Virus record (IMG/VR): IMGVR_UViG_3300032246_002620
Span: 7,654-71,653 of that record
DNA length: 64,000 nucleotides
Reading direction: 5' to 3' (one strand)
DNA from: a virus
Shown here: positions 9,240 through 18,105 of the stretch, piece by piece
Layout: the number at the start of each line of letters is the position of its first letter
How positions within the stretch are numbered: the stretch's first letter is position 1
Made by a program: the position numbers and the translations under genes
The notes under the pieces: generated by a model
What the model saw: the letters and a program-made list of their open reading frames with translations, nothing else
Database searches by the model: none
Told to the model about the DNA's origin: nothing

Positions 9240-9488
9240 TTACGCCGCACCTCCCCAAGTCCGGCGCTGCCAGCCAGAAGGGACCTCTCGAGCTCGGAGG
9301 TACTTGCGCGTGCCCAGTCCGATTGGGGAGAGAGCTACGAACTGACCGGAAGGAGCCAGGCGTGTATGACTGACGGAATGCAATTTGCCGTCCGGGCAGC
9401 GCCAGATGTCGCGAAGACGGAATTGATCGGGGGCAGGAGCGGGGTCAGCGGTAAACGCTGCCAAGGAATGTGCAAGTGCTTGAGACAT
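9240..9488 (-). CDS. Hypothetical protein
   Basis: ATG 9488, MSQALAHSL. Confidence 0.45.
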   Translation of the reverse strand: MSQALAHSLAAFTADPAPAPDQFRLRDIWRCPDGKLHSVSHTRLAPSGQFVALSPIGLGTRKYLRAREVPSGWQRRTWGGAA

Positions 9489-9507
9489 TGGGAGGGGGAG
9501 AGTTGTT

Positions 9508-9789
9508 TCAGGGATTGCGGGTGACCAGTGGATAGCCTTTAGGTGCCTCAAAAGAGCCGCCAATGGCTGGCAGTTGCTCGGCTTGCGGTAGCAGAGAAAT
9601 CTCAGCGACCGGCCAGAACTCGGTCCGGCTGGTAGAAGAACCCTCGGGCATGACCTCGACCCAGGCCGGTCGTTTGCTTCGGGTGATCTCTTGCCGTGAG
9701 GGGACCTCGAGGACAAGCCCAATGCGTTGCATTCGCCGGACGCGGGCGCCAACGCGGAACGCAGCCATAGGGGCGGAGTCTTCAGCCAT
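9508..9789 (-). CDS. Hypothetical protein (SH3/KOW-like)
   Basis: FRVGARVRR..RIGLVLEV...WVEVM. Confidence 0.5.
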   Translation of the reverse strand: MAEDSAPMAAFRVGARVRRMQRIGLVLEVPSRQEITRSKRPAWVEVMPEGSSTSRTEFWPVAEISLLPQAEQLPAIGGSFEAPKGYPLVTRNP

Positions 9790-10255
9790 GGAGGTCAAGG
9801 AGGGGCGAGAAGATCGCGTCGAGATCAATCGACTGGATTTCGACGCCAATAGAAGAAGCCGCCCAGCGGCAGGCGTGGTCGTCGTCCTTCAGTCGCTTGG
9901 GGATCGGAAGGTTGGGGACAACGACGTGAGCAACTCCGCAATCCAGTAACGACTGGAAGTCTTCCTTGTCGCCCAGGCCTGGGAACAGGAAGCAGGTCGC
10001 GTCAAGAAGGGAGATGCCGTTCCTGGCTGCTTGAGCAATCAAGACGCGGATGGCGCCCTTGTCGTCGCCTTGAGAGCCGGCAACAGCGATAACCCGGTCA
10101 AAGCCAACCGGGAAGCGGCGCAAAGCCGCCACGCCAGTGGCACGGCTGGAACGATCCAGGGCGCCAGAGGCCAGCCAGGCAACACGCATCCAGATCAGCA
10201 ACTCGCCGTCGCTGGGAGGCGCAGGGAACGGAGCGACGTTTTCGGTGGAGTCCAT
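9782..10255 (-). CDS. dCMP deaminase-like protein lacking Zn ligands
   Basis: LIAQAARNGISLLDAT...LLDCGVAHVVVPNLPIPKR...GVEI follows the dCMP deaminase pattern; HxE and PCxxC are absent. Confidence 0.6.
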   Translation of the reverse strand: MDSTENVAPFPAPPSDGELLIWMRVAWLASGALDRSSRATGVAALRRFPVGFDRVIAVAGSQGDDKGAIRVLIAQAARNGISLLDATCFLFPGLGDKEDFQSLLDCGVAHVVVPNLPIPKRLKDDDHACRWAASSIGVEIQSIDLDAIFSPLLDLHG

Positions 10256-10258
10256 GGC

Positions 10259-11050
10259 TCAGGCAGGACCATCGGGCCGTCGAAACGGAACAACCGAGCA
10301 GGTGCCGTGCGGCAGGAGGGAACAGTCGGAGGACTGTTCAGCGGGCACCGAGTCGAACGGGCCCAAGCCCGTCGGACGAATGCCAAGGCGCTGGGCCTGC
10401 TCCCAGACCTGCTCCAGAAGGTCATGGATCGTGCCGTCATTGCGCAGCCGGGCCTGGAAAGGGCGGTAGCTGTTCATGCCACCTTCCGATGGATGTAGCG
10501 GCGCAAAAAGCTTCCAGGGCAGCAACTGCTTCGGCGAGCGCAGCAAGCGAGCAGGGCTGAACCGGCGGCTGAGTTCGCGTCGCCCCTCTTCGCGGGTGCG
10601 CGGCCGCTCGATCATCCAGAGGACGCCGCCCACCTTGCGGATGACTTCAGCCTCGCCTGGGAAGCGAACGTCGTCGACAACGACGCGGACTTCGCGGGCG
10701 GAGCCATCGGCCGCGGCGCGGCATAGCTCCTGGAGACTTTGCTCCCAGATCGCGGTCCACAGGTGCGGCGAGATCAGGCGTCGGCCCCAGTCAGTGCCCA
10801 GGGTCTGCAGCAGATGGCGACCGCTGACGCCGACCTGGGGGATGACGACGGCGCGATCGTGATAGAGAAAGCGCCGAGCATCCAGTTCGCTGACGCCGGC
10901 TTCGCGGAGGATGACGGTACCGATGCGCTTGAGTGGCTCGGCCATGGGCAGCCGCACAAAGCCGGCGTTGTTGACCAGTGCCTGGGCCACGGTGGTCTTG
11001 CCGGAGCCGGCGCGAGAAGCGGCAATGCCGATGACGATGGGGGAATCCAT
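10259..11050 (-). CDS. Deoxynucleoside monophosphate kinase
   Basis: IGIAASRAGSGKTT, RHLLQTLGTDWGR, VVVDDVRFPGEAEVIRKVGG, HPSEGG, NDGTI. Confidence 0.9.
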   Translation of the reverse strand: MDSPIVIGIAASRAGSGKTTVAQALVNNAGFVRLPMAEPLKRIGTVILREAGVSELDARRFLYHDRAVVIPQVGVSGRHLLQTLGTDWGRRLISPHLWTAIWEQSLQELCRAAADGSAREVRVVVDDVRFPGEAEVIRKVGGVLWMIERPRTREEGRRELSRRFSPARLLRSPKQLLPWKLFAPLHPSEGGMNSYRPFQARLRNDGTIHDLLEQVWEQAQRLGIRPTGLGPFDSVPAEQSSDCSLLPHGTCSVVPFRRPDGPA

Positions 11051-11052
11051 GC

Positions 11053-11412
11053 TCAGGCCTCCACGTCAGCGCCGGATCCAACCGTGTCGTCCTGAGGCAC
11101 AAGCTGTGCAGGGCCGCCAGATCTCCAGATGGCGCGGGTCATGCAGAAGAGTTCCTCGTTGGTTATCGACCAGTTCCTGAGCACGCGGCCCAGGAGAGTC
11201 CGCAGGTCACTCGAAAGCAGCGAGTCGCGGTAGCGCGTGATCAATCGCGCGGCGTGAACGAGATCGGTATCGGACGGCTCGGTAGCAGTGAGGAGGCCGT
11301 AGATCGTCTCGCGGTCTACGTGATCCAGCGGGTGAAGGCTGGCGGGGACTTCGCTTCCAGGGAGGTCAGGCAGCCAGGGGGAGTGAGTGGGCGGGGCCCA
11401 GGAGGAGGACAT
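11053..11412 (-). CDS. DUF3288 family protein (cyanobacterial)
   Basis: HPLDHVDR..LL...DLVHAARLITRY...W....EELF..TRAIW...VGSG. Confidence 0.8.
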   Translation of the reverse strand: MSSSWAPPTHSPWLPDLPGSEVPASLHPLDHVDRETIYGLLTATEPSDTDLVHAARLITRYRDSLLSSDLRTLLGRVLRNWSITNEELFCMTRAIWRSGGPAQLVPQDDTVGSGADVEA

Positions 11413-11506
11413 GTGGCACGACCGGGAACGGCTGGATCGTACTGGGTGTTGCAAGCCCTGTCATGCGTCTCGAAAGCTTTCGGCGCGGACCTTGGGAGGG
11501 CGCGAA

Positions 11507-11847
11507 GTGTGACATCGGCGAAATCGCCGAAACCCGTTGCGACGACTTGGATTGGCGAAGGGTGTGACATCGGTGACATCGTCATTCCTATTCTTTCCCA
11601 GAAAAATCTCCCTCCTCTGGGAATGCCCCAGAACCCAGTCAGAGACTAGCAAGTGGGAATGGGACGACTTGAGACGCAAGATGAGACATGTTGAGCGATG
11701 TCACGGGCGAAGGGCCTTGAGGGAGGGGAGGGAAAGGGAAGGCGGCTTTTATCCGGCAAGGAATAGGAGGAACGATGTCACAGGTGTCACACCTGCCAAA
11801 AAGTGCTGGTACAACTGGGGAATGAGGGAGCGGCGGCGATGTCACAT
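11507..11847. repeat. Iteron-like direct and inverted repeats, candidate replication origin
   Basis: GTGACATC at 11509, 11564, 11573; inverted GATGTCAC at 11697, 11774, 11838 and GGTGTCAC at 11783. 11561-11593 is an imperfect inverted repeat of 11761-11793. Lies downstream of the primase gene. Confidence 0.7.
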
Positions 11848-12127
11848 CGTGCGGCCAAGTCGGGCCATTCCAGGCGCGTGTCGCGCAAGTCCCGCGGATT
11901 GGACCCGAACCCGATAAAGGACACTGATCTATCCAACAAGGTGTCTGCTGTGTCTTACGGGCTGGATGGCATGACATGTTGCATGGCGCGTCCAGTGAGT
12001 CTCATGGATGGGTGCACGACGGAGCGGCCAGAAAGAGTCCAGTGAGTCTCAGTGAAAGGCAGCAGGGGGAAGGGTGAGTCGCTCCGCGCCGGTAGCCTTG
12101 GCGTGCACTGGTCCTCGGTTGCGCGCC

Positions 12128-12358
12128 ATGTCTGAACCTCTGGCCCTGACGGTTGGGCAGCAGTTTGAGGTCGAACGGATGAACCGGGTGATCGACGCAA
12201 CCAGCGACATCGAGGCTCTGCGCCGCTTGACCAAGCAGTTGGTGCAGGCCTGGCATTGCCAGAAAGCGGCAACGCGCTGGGTGATAGGCCACGTCAGTGG
12301 GCCGCCAACGATTGGCGGCGATCCACTGACCTTTGGTGATCCGGAATTGCCGGCTTGA
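12128..12358 (+). CDS. nblA: NblA-like phycobilisome degradation protein
   Basis: LTVGQQFEVERMNRVIDATSDIEALRRLTKQLVQAWHCQKAATRWVI; two-helix picocyanobacterial NblA-like pattern. Confidence 0.65.
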   Translation: MSEPLALTVGQQFEVERMNRVIDATSDIEALRRLTKQLVQAWHCQKAATRWVIGHVSGPPTIGGDPLTFGDPELPA

Positions 12359-12360
12359 AA

Positions 12361-14913
12361 TCAAGTGCCCCAGTCCAGAGGGATGTCGATGCCATCGGCG
12401 GGCCTGGGTGGGCTGACAGCAAACCAGGCGCGGACTTGCTTGCCGTACCTCCTGACGCGCTTGCAATCAAAGCCCAAGCGCTTGAGCTCGTCGGTGATGC
12501 CGTTGTTGGAGCCGTTGCGAGGGTCGATTGAAATCTCCAGCCACTTGAAAATGTCGCTCAGCAGGTAGAAGGGCTGACCGTCCTGGACGAACGAAGCGTT
12601 GCGCGAGAGGGCGGCTTGGAGGGCGCCCGTGATGGGGCTGTCGATGGTGTGGCTGTTGAGGAAATCGCTGATCAGACTGATCTCGTAGGAGGAGAACTCG
12701 TAGAGCGGCTCATCGAGGTAGGCCTGCTGGGCGGCGGCCCAGATGTTCATGCGATCGGCCTTGACGCGATCAAGGTCGATGATCTTGACGCTCGGGTCCT
12801 GGGGGCTGGGCGCGACTCCGTGCACCGTGACTGGCAGGAAGCGGCGATTACCGGTGGGATCGACCATGAAGTCCTTGTTGTTGCTGCAGCCGACCAGAAC
12901 GAAGGCCCGCTGGAAAAGGCGCTCGTTCTCCCACTTGCGGGCGGAGCGATCGACGGAGACGGTGACGAGGTTCTTGAACTCCTCGGTGTACTGACGACGG
13001 AAGAAGCGCTCGACCTCATCGAGGTTGACGATCCAGCCGGCATGCAGGGCATGGGGTTTCTCCTTGAGGTAGGAGATGCCCTGCTGGATCGTTGGGCACC
13101 AGGTGTAGTTGTTGCTCAGCGGGTTGGGCGGCGTGAGGTACTGGAAGAAGTTGGTCTTGCCGACGTTCTGCGGGCCGATCAGGATGGGCATCCAACCCAT
13201 CGAGCAGCCGGGCTGCCGGGCGCGGGCGACAGCGGCGATCAGGAAGCGGCGCAGGATCAGATCAGCCAGTAGACGTCCGCAGGGCATCCGCGGGTTGTCG
13301 GGCCCCTCCCCTGGCACGCCGAGCAGTGTCGTGGCGAGGGTGTCGAAGTAGTCGATCGGCTCGTGCTTGGCGCACTCGTCGAGGAAGCGGTGAACCGGGT
13401 TGTAGCCGTTGCGCTGAGCAGAGAGGTGAACGGTGTCGTACACGTGGGTCTTAGCAAAGGGTTTGTCTTCTGAGGCGGAAATCAACAGGTAGGCCTTGTC
13501 GGCGTCGTCGATGACGGTCGGGTCGTCCATTGGGCCGCATTCGAGATCCTGGGTGAGCTTGTTGAGCCGCAGTCCGGGGTAGAGGGACTTGACTTTGGCG
13601 AGGATCTTGGCGACCTCGCCGCCGCCGCCGGAGAACGAAGCCTTGCCTTTGCGGCCGCGTCCTCGCTTCCCGGGTGGCTCAGGCGGCAGTGGAGTTTCGC
13701 CGCTGACCAGGGGGATCAGCAGGTCATCCGGGCTGCCCATGAACTCAGGATCGACGTCGCCGTCATCGGGGACGGCCTCCGCCATCAGGGCCGCGACGTG
13801 CGGCGGCATTGGGGGTAGGGCGTCGTCGTCGCCTCCGACAGCTGGCTGGGCGGCTGGTTCGGCAACGGCCGCCGGCGCCTGCTCGGCCTGCGCTTCTTGG
13901 GCTGCAGCCCACTCGAGGATTGAGGGCGTGCGGTACTTGCTGGGCTTGGCCGTGCTGTATTCGGGATCGTCGTAGCCGAGGAAGTCCTCGTGGCGATACC
14001 CAGGCGGCAGCTTGGAATCGAAGTGGCCCGTGGAGCGGAGCTCATCGGGAAGGGAGTCCCGCCAGTCGGGATCCTGCTGGGAGGCAAGGAAGAAGAGGGT
14101 TCCCAGGGACGAGCGCCCCGAGAAGCCGCGGAAGAAGCGCTCGGTTGTTTGCTTGCGGTTCTTGCCGCTGCCGTGGTGCCCCTTGCTGGCCCAGTCGGAC
14201 CAGGCCGGGAAGAGGGCATCGCCGGCGGAGGCTGCGGCTGCGGTGATTCGCACGAACAAGTCGCGCTCGCCGTCAGCCGTGGGTACCAGAACGTGCTCGA
14301 AGACGTGAATCGCCTGGCCGATCGAGGTCTCGTCGTAGTCCTCGGAGCGCTCCTCGATGCTGGTGCGCTGGCGCAGCTGCTCCTTGCGGGCATCGGCAAC
14401 GAAGCTCTCAGGGAGACAAGCGTCAGGAGCGCCCAGCCAGTACTGGCAGCGGCTGTTGCCGTAATAGAGGCGGCAGGGGTCGCTGCAGCTCTTGTCGCCG
14501 CCCAACGCCTTGATCAAGGCAGTGACGACGGCCTTGTAGAGCTCGGGATCGCTGATCCGCTCTGGCAAGCGGAAGATGACCCTGAAGCGGTGCTTGCCTG
14601 GCTCGTCCTGGTGGCTGCAGCTGGTGTAGGTCAGACAGGCATGCCGGGCCAGAGGGTGCTGGCGGAAAGCCTCCAGATCAAGGCCGTGGTCGATGTCGAC
14701 AACGGCCAGATCGGCGTGGAGGAAGGCGGCACTGCTCCGATGGGGGGAGCGCATCGCCGCGGCGATGAAGGCGTAGCCCAGGCAGATCGCATCCCGCAGT
14801 CCTTCGAGCTGAACCTCGACGGACTGCCAGTTGTCGGCGTACTCCTCCCTCCAGGCAGAGGGTTTGTCGTGGATGCGGGTGTTGAGCGAAACAGCCAGGG
14901 CTCGTGCTTTCAT
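12361..14913 (-). CDS. Primase (AEP + PriCT-2) fused to VirE/VapE-like helicase
   Basis: AVVDIDHG, YTSCSH...HRFRVIF, DKSCSDPCRLYYG; GPQNVGKT Walker A, IVNLDEVE, DPTGNRRFLPV. Likely ATG at 14913. Confidence 0.92.
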   Translation of the reverse strand: MKARALAVSLNTRIHDKPSAWREEYADNWQSVEVQLEGLRDAICLGYAFIAAAMRSPHRSSAAFLHADLAVVDIDHGLDLEAFRQHPLARHACLTYTSCSHQDEPGKHRFRVIFRLPERISDPELYKAVVTALIKALGGDKSCSDPCRLYYGNSRCQYWLGAPDACLPESFVADARKEQLRQRTSIEERSEDYDETSIGQAIHVFEHVLVPTADGERDLFVRITAAAASAGDALFPAWSDWASKGHHGSGKNRKQTTERFFRGFSGRSSLGTLFFLASQQDPDWRDSLPDELRSTGHFDSKLPPGYRHEDFLGYDDPEYSTAKPSKYRTPSILEWAAAQEAQAEQAPAAVAEPAAQPAVGGDDDALPPMPPHVAALMAEAVPDDGDVDPEFMGSPDDLLIPLVSGETPLPPEPPGKRGRGRKGKASFSGGGGEVAKILAKVKSLYPGLRLNKLTQDLECGPMDDPTVIDDADKAYLLISASEDKPFAKTHVYDTVHLSAQRNGYNPVHRFLDECAKHEPIDYFDTLATTLLGVPGEGPDNPRMPCGRLLADLILRRFLIAAVARARQPGCSMGWMPILIGPQNVGKTNFFQYLTPPNPLSNNYTWCPTIQQGISYLKEKPHALHAGWIVNLDEVERFFRRQYTEEFKNLVTVSVDRSARKWENERLFQRAFVLVGCSNNKDFMVDPTGNRRFLPVTVHGVAPSPQDPSVKIIDLDRVKADRMNIWAAAQQAYLDEPLYEFSSYEISLISDFLNSHTIDSPITGALQAALSRNASFVQDGQPFYLLSDIFKWLEISIDPRNGSNNGITDELKRLGFDCKRVRRYGKQVRAWFAVSPPRPADGIDIPLDWGT

Positions 14914-15353
14914 CGGGCGGATCGCCTGTAGTCGGTGGGCTGGATGGCCAGATCGAAGGAGAGGCCTCGCTTCAGGCGATCCCGAAGAGTGATCTCCTTG
15001 ACGCCTGCGTGAGCGGCCCATTCGCGGATCGTGCGAGCTTCGCCGGCGTGGGCAATCACCTCAGGGACGCGACCGCCGCCCCTGCGTGCGACCCAGGCAA
15101 AGTTGTCGGGCCCGTAGGGGAGGTCGGGTCTCGGCCGCGACGGCTGGCACCCCTTGGGGCGGGAGCCGACGTCTTCGAGGAAATTGTCAAAGCAGCGGAA
15201 CCAGCGAGGAGCGATATCGGGCGCCCCTCGGCGGCGCAGGCGCTGGATCCTGAGCCAGGCGGCGTAGGTCCTGGAGATCTCAGGGGAGGCGTTTTTGCCG
15301 GAAGGCCCGTGGCTCGAAAGCCTGCGGGGCGGATGGGATGGTCTCGGTGTCAT
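14910..15353 (-). CDS. Degenerate HNH homing-endonuclease-like protein with C-terminal HTH
   Basis: TYAAW...RWFRCFDNFLEDVGSRPKG...YGPDNFAW...TIREWA; the usual DRIDN motif is absent. Confidence 0.7.
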   Translation of the reverse strand: MTPRPSHPPRRLSSHGPSGKNASPEISRTYAAWLRIQRLRRRGAPDIAPRWFRCFDNFLEDVGSRPKGCQPSRPRPDLPYGPDNFAWVARRGGGRVPEVIAHAGEARTIREWAAHAGVKEITLRDRLKRGLSFDLAIQPTDYRRSAR

Positions 15354-15510
15354 GCGAAGCGATTGCTGCGGCGTGCAGCAGTATGGCGGAGGCCGGGCAA
15401 ATGCGCCAACCAGTATTCAAAGTTAAGACACAGATGAGAAATAAGAGAAAGTTGCACGATGTCAAGAAATGGAGCGTGCAGCAAATACGCGGCTACCGGT
15501 TGTATGACAG

Positions 15511-15540
15511 GTCGAGCGCTATTGAATGTCTTGGTACAAT
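15511..15540 (+). promoter_or_regulatory. Sigma70-type extended -10 promoter of regulator gene
   Basis: TGGTACAAT at 15532-15540, then AGGAG and in-frame TTG at 15564. Confidence 0.5.
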
Positions 15541-15563
15541 TCATTGCGTCAAGGAGAAGCGTC

Positions 15564-16211
15564 TTGGAAGACAAGGCCGGAGCTACCAACCCGCTTGAAG
15601 CGGCAACAGCCCAAGAGGCTGCTCAGGTCGAGCGCTTCGCCCAAGCGCTTCGGCAGGCGATGATCCGCAACCGGCTCAGTGAGCGCAGGCTAGCGACTGA
15701 GCTGGGCATCACTATTGGCACGACTCAGAAGTACTTTCGCCATCGCGTGCAGCCGCTCAAGGTGGCGACTGGGATCAACCGTCAGCTAGCGCGCTTGCTG
15801 GGGATCACGCTGGATGCTTTGGTCTGTTTTTACGAAACCGGAGAGTTTCGCAATGCCCTGAGCTTTGGTGAGGTTGCGTCCTGGTTGCGTTCTGATGCAG
15901 GCGTCGAGCACCTGGCGCCGATCCTGGAAGCGATGAGCGACCTGGGCAAGCGAGCGGTTGGCTGCGCTGGTTCGGCGGAGGCTGGGGTCGCCTCAATGCC
16001 TGCACGCTACACCTGGCCGCTCGAGGAGCTGGAGCATGCCAAGGTCTCACCGGCGTTGCGGCAGCGCATGGGCTTGACCGATGAAGCCCTGGAAGCCTTG
16101 GTGGCAGAGGGGGTCTTCAGTGATGAACTGGTGGAAGCCTTCAGTGTTGCGGTCAACTTGGACGAGGAGGCGGTTCGGGAAGCCTTCAGCACGCGCAGCG
16201 CCGTGGAGTGA
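15564..16211 (+). CDS. XRE-family HTH transcriptional regulator
   Basis: LRQAMIRNRLSERRLATELGITIGTTQKYF; start placed at TTG after AGGAG. Confidence 0.75.
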   Translation: MEDKAGATNPLEAATAQEAAQVERFAQALRQAMIRNRLSERRLATELGITIGTTQKYFRHRVQPLKVATGINRQLARLLGITLDALVCFYETGEFRNALSFGEVASWLRSDAGVEHLAPILEAMSDLGKRAVGCAGSAEAGVASMPARYTWPLEELEHAKVSPALRQRMGLTDEALEALVAEGVFSDELVEAFSVAVNLDEEAVREAFSTRSAVE

Positions 16212-16269
16212 GTCGATGTGGTACCTTGAGCAAGGTCCGGTAGCCAGTACCGACCAACAGAGAGGACAG

Positions 16270-16300
16270 GGCGGACCCTTGAGAAAGGTCCGCCTTTTTT
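16270..16300 (+). terminator. Rho-independent terminator
   Basis: GGCGGACC-loop-GGTCCGCC followed by TTTTTT. Confidence 0.85.
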
Positions 16301-16349
16301 ATTGGCCAGGCAACCATCGCTAGACTCAGCTGACGGTCTGACTGCTGGG

Positions 16350-16736
16350 ATGTTCAGGCGTTCGGTTGCTGATGCGCTGGAGGGCGGGACCGCGAGGACG
16401 ATCGGCGAGCAGGTCCGCAATGCCGTGATGACGGACATCGAAGACTTCCCGATGTTCTTCCGCGACGCACCCACCGAGGAGGCGCAGCGGCAGATCACCA
16501 AGAAGCTGGGGCATCCGCAAGGGCGGCCCTTCACTCCCGAGGAGCTCGAAGCGATCGCCAGGGCGTCCGAAGTGAACAGGGAGATCAACGATGAGCTGCT
16601 CAAGACGATGCAGGCCCTGTACGACAACCACGACCCACGCCGCATGGCAGGGGCTGCGCTGCTGGGGGCCCTGGGCGCCGGCACTGGGATTGCGCTGCTG
16701 ACGCCCGGCAGAGACACACAGGAGGCATCGAGATGA
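16350..16736 (+). CDS. Putative virion protein with RMAG motif and C-terminal Gly-zipper
   Basis: PRRMAGAALLGALGAGTGIALL; CTAGACT upstream at 16320. Confidence 0.65.
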   Translation: MFRRSVADALEGGTARTIGEQVRNAVMTDIEDFPMFFRDAPTEEAQRQITKKLGHPQGRPFTPEELEAIARASEVNREINDELLKTMQALYDNHDPRRMAGAALLGALGAGTGIALLTPGRDTQEASR

Positions 16737-17656
16737 GCGAAGGAAATCGAATGGCCGGAGCCGGCCTGATCAACTGGCTACTGACTGATCCTCTGGGAGA
16801 GGAGGTCGGAGAGGGCGTTGTTGGCGGCCTGCTAGCCGGCCTGCCTGGATTGGCAGCTGACCAGTCGGCAGGACAGACGGCATTGCAAACCGCCGCGGCT
16901 ATCGCCGGCGGCATCGGTTTCGGCATGGCCGGTCGGAAGGTGGGCGCCTGGGCTGGAGACAAGCTGCACGAGGGTGCGCTGAAGGACCAGGACGGCATGG
17001 TGGCGACCTTGGCCCGGACGCTGGGCTCCGAAACGATGGCAGAGGGGATGGGGGATCAGCTGCGACAGGTCAAGGGGGTCATCGAAGAATCGCTGATCAA
17101 GGATCGGTCTGCGCAGATGGCCCGTGAGGCCGCTGCCGATCCAGCCGCTTTCGCCAGAAAGCATGGAATCACAGCGGAGATGTTCAATCGGATGCGCCCG
17201 TCGGTTGAGAACGGACGTGTCGTTCACCAAACGCTGAAGATGGCAGAAGGGCTAGACCCGGAGATGCGGCAGCGCTTGCTGGACCAGCTGCTCAAGGAGT
17301 ACGAACCTGTTGAAAACGCAATCAGCAAAGCAGCAGCTGGGTCGATCGACGAGGGTCTCGGTCGCGCCAGCGAGGAATGGAGGAAGGCCAGCATCCGTGA
17401 CCCCAAAAAAGGGCAAAAGTTCAGGCAGGTATTAGGCATTGATCCGGCCGAAATGATGGAGAGCCTGCGGGGCAAAGCTAAGCCTGTGACGGGCCGGCAC
17501 GTCGGTCGAGCCATTGGCCGTGTCTTTGGCGATGAGATCGGCGTTCTTGGCGGTTTAGCCGCGGGGAGTGTCTTAGCCAGCGCCTTGGGCATGCAGTCGC
17601 CGAAGGATCGGCGCATTGAAGAGCTGGAGCGGCAGGTGTCGCGGGGGGCAGGGTGA
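16733..17656 (+). CDS. Putative virion/ejection protein with N-terminal RMAG
   Basis: MSEGNRMAG; Gly-zipper segments at both ends. Confidence 0.7.
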   Translation: MSEGNRMAGAGLINWLLTDPLGEEVGEGVVGGLLAGLPGLAADQSAGQTALQTAAAIAGGIGFGMAGRKVGAWAGDKLHEGALKDQDGMVATLARTLGSETMAEGMGDQLRQVKGVIEESLIKDRSAQMAREAAADPAAFARKHGITAEMFNRMRPSVENGRVVHQTLKMAEGLDPEMRQRLLDQLLKEYEPVENAISKAAAGSIDEGLGRASEEWRKASIRDPKKGQKFRQVLGIDPAEMMESLRGKAKPVTGRHVGRAIGRVFGDEIGVLGGLAAGSVLASALGMQSPKDRRIEELERQVSRGAG

Positions 17657-17784
17657 TGGCCATCCGCAAAGCCGGAGACAAGCTCGCCGCCGCCTGCTGG
17701 AAGGGCTACGAAGCCATCGGCACGAAGATCAAGGACGGCCGCCAAGTGCCGAATTGCGTGCCAGTGAAGAAGGGGCGCGGTTAA
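17656..17784 (+). CDS. 42-aa CWKGY...VPNCVP microprotein (not in ORF track)
   Basis: MAIRKAGDKLAAACWKGYEAIGTKIKDGRQVPNCVPVKKGRG; coupled to both neighbours (TGATG, TAATG). Confidence 0.85.
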   Translation: MAIRKAGDKLAAACWKGYEAIGTKIKDGRQVPNCVPVKKGRG

Positions 17785-18068
17785 TGGCTGCCATTCGCTA
17801 CGCCGGCGAAATCTTTCAGGGCTATAACCAGCCCAAGCGCACGCCTGGCGAGAACAAGAAGTTCGCCGTGCTGGTCAAGGACAACGACGGTGATCCAAAG
17901 ATCGTGCGCTTCGGGGATCCGTCGATGGAGAACTACCGCAACGGCCCGCACGGCAGGGGCGGCCATGGCGATGAGGGCCGTAGGGCGAATTTCAAGGCCC
18001 GCCACAACTGCAGCGAGAAGAACGACAAGACCACACCGGGGTACTGGAGTTGCCACTGGAGCTGGTGA
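17784..18068 (+). CDS. Small basic phage protein (KKFAVLVK...RFGDP...RANFKARHNC...GYWSC)
   Basis: ATG 17784, MAAIRYAG; domain recalled from phage head-internal proteins. Confidence 0.8.
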   Translation: MAAIRYAGEIFQGYNQPKRTPGENKKFAVLVKDNDGDPKIVRFGDPSMENYRNGPHGRGGHGDEGRRANFKARHNCSEKNDKTTPGYWSCHWSW

Positions 18069-18105
18069 GACCCATGAAGAATCGAGCAAACGGTGAGGGG
18101 GCAAC

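Noticed and set aside
9508-10255. Possible frameshifted NAD synthetase (IGVEIQSIDLDAIF)
   Set aside because: No SGGxDS motif; the ORF fits a dCMP deaminase pattern better and the next ORF is independent
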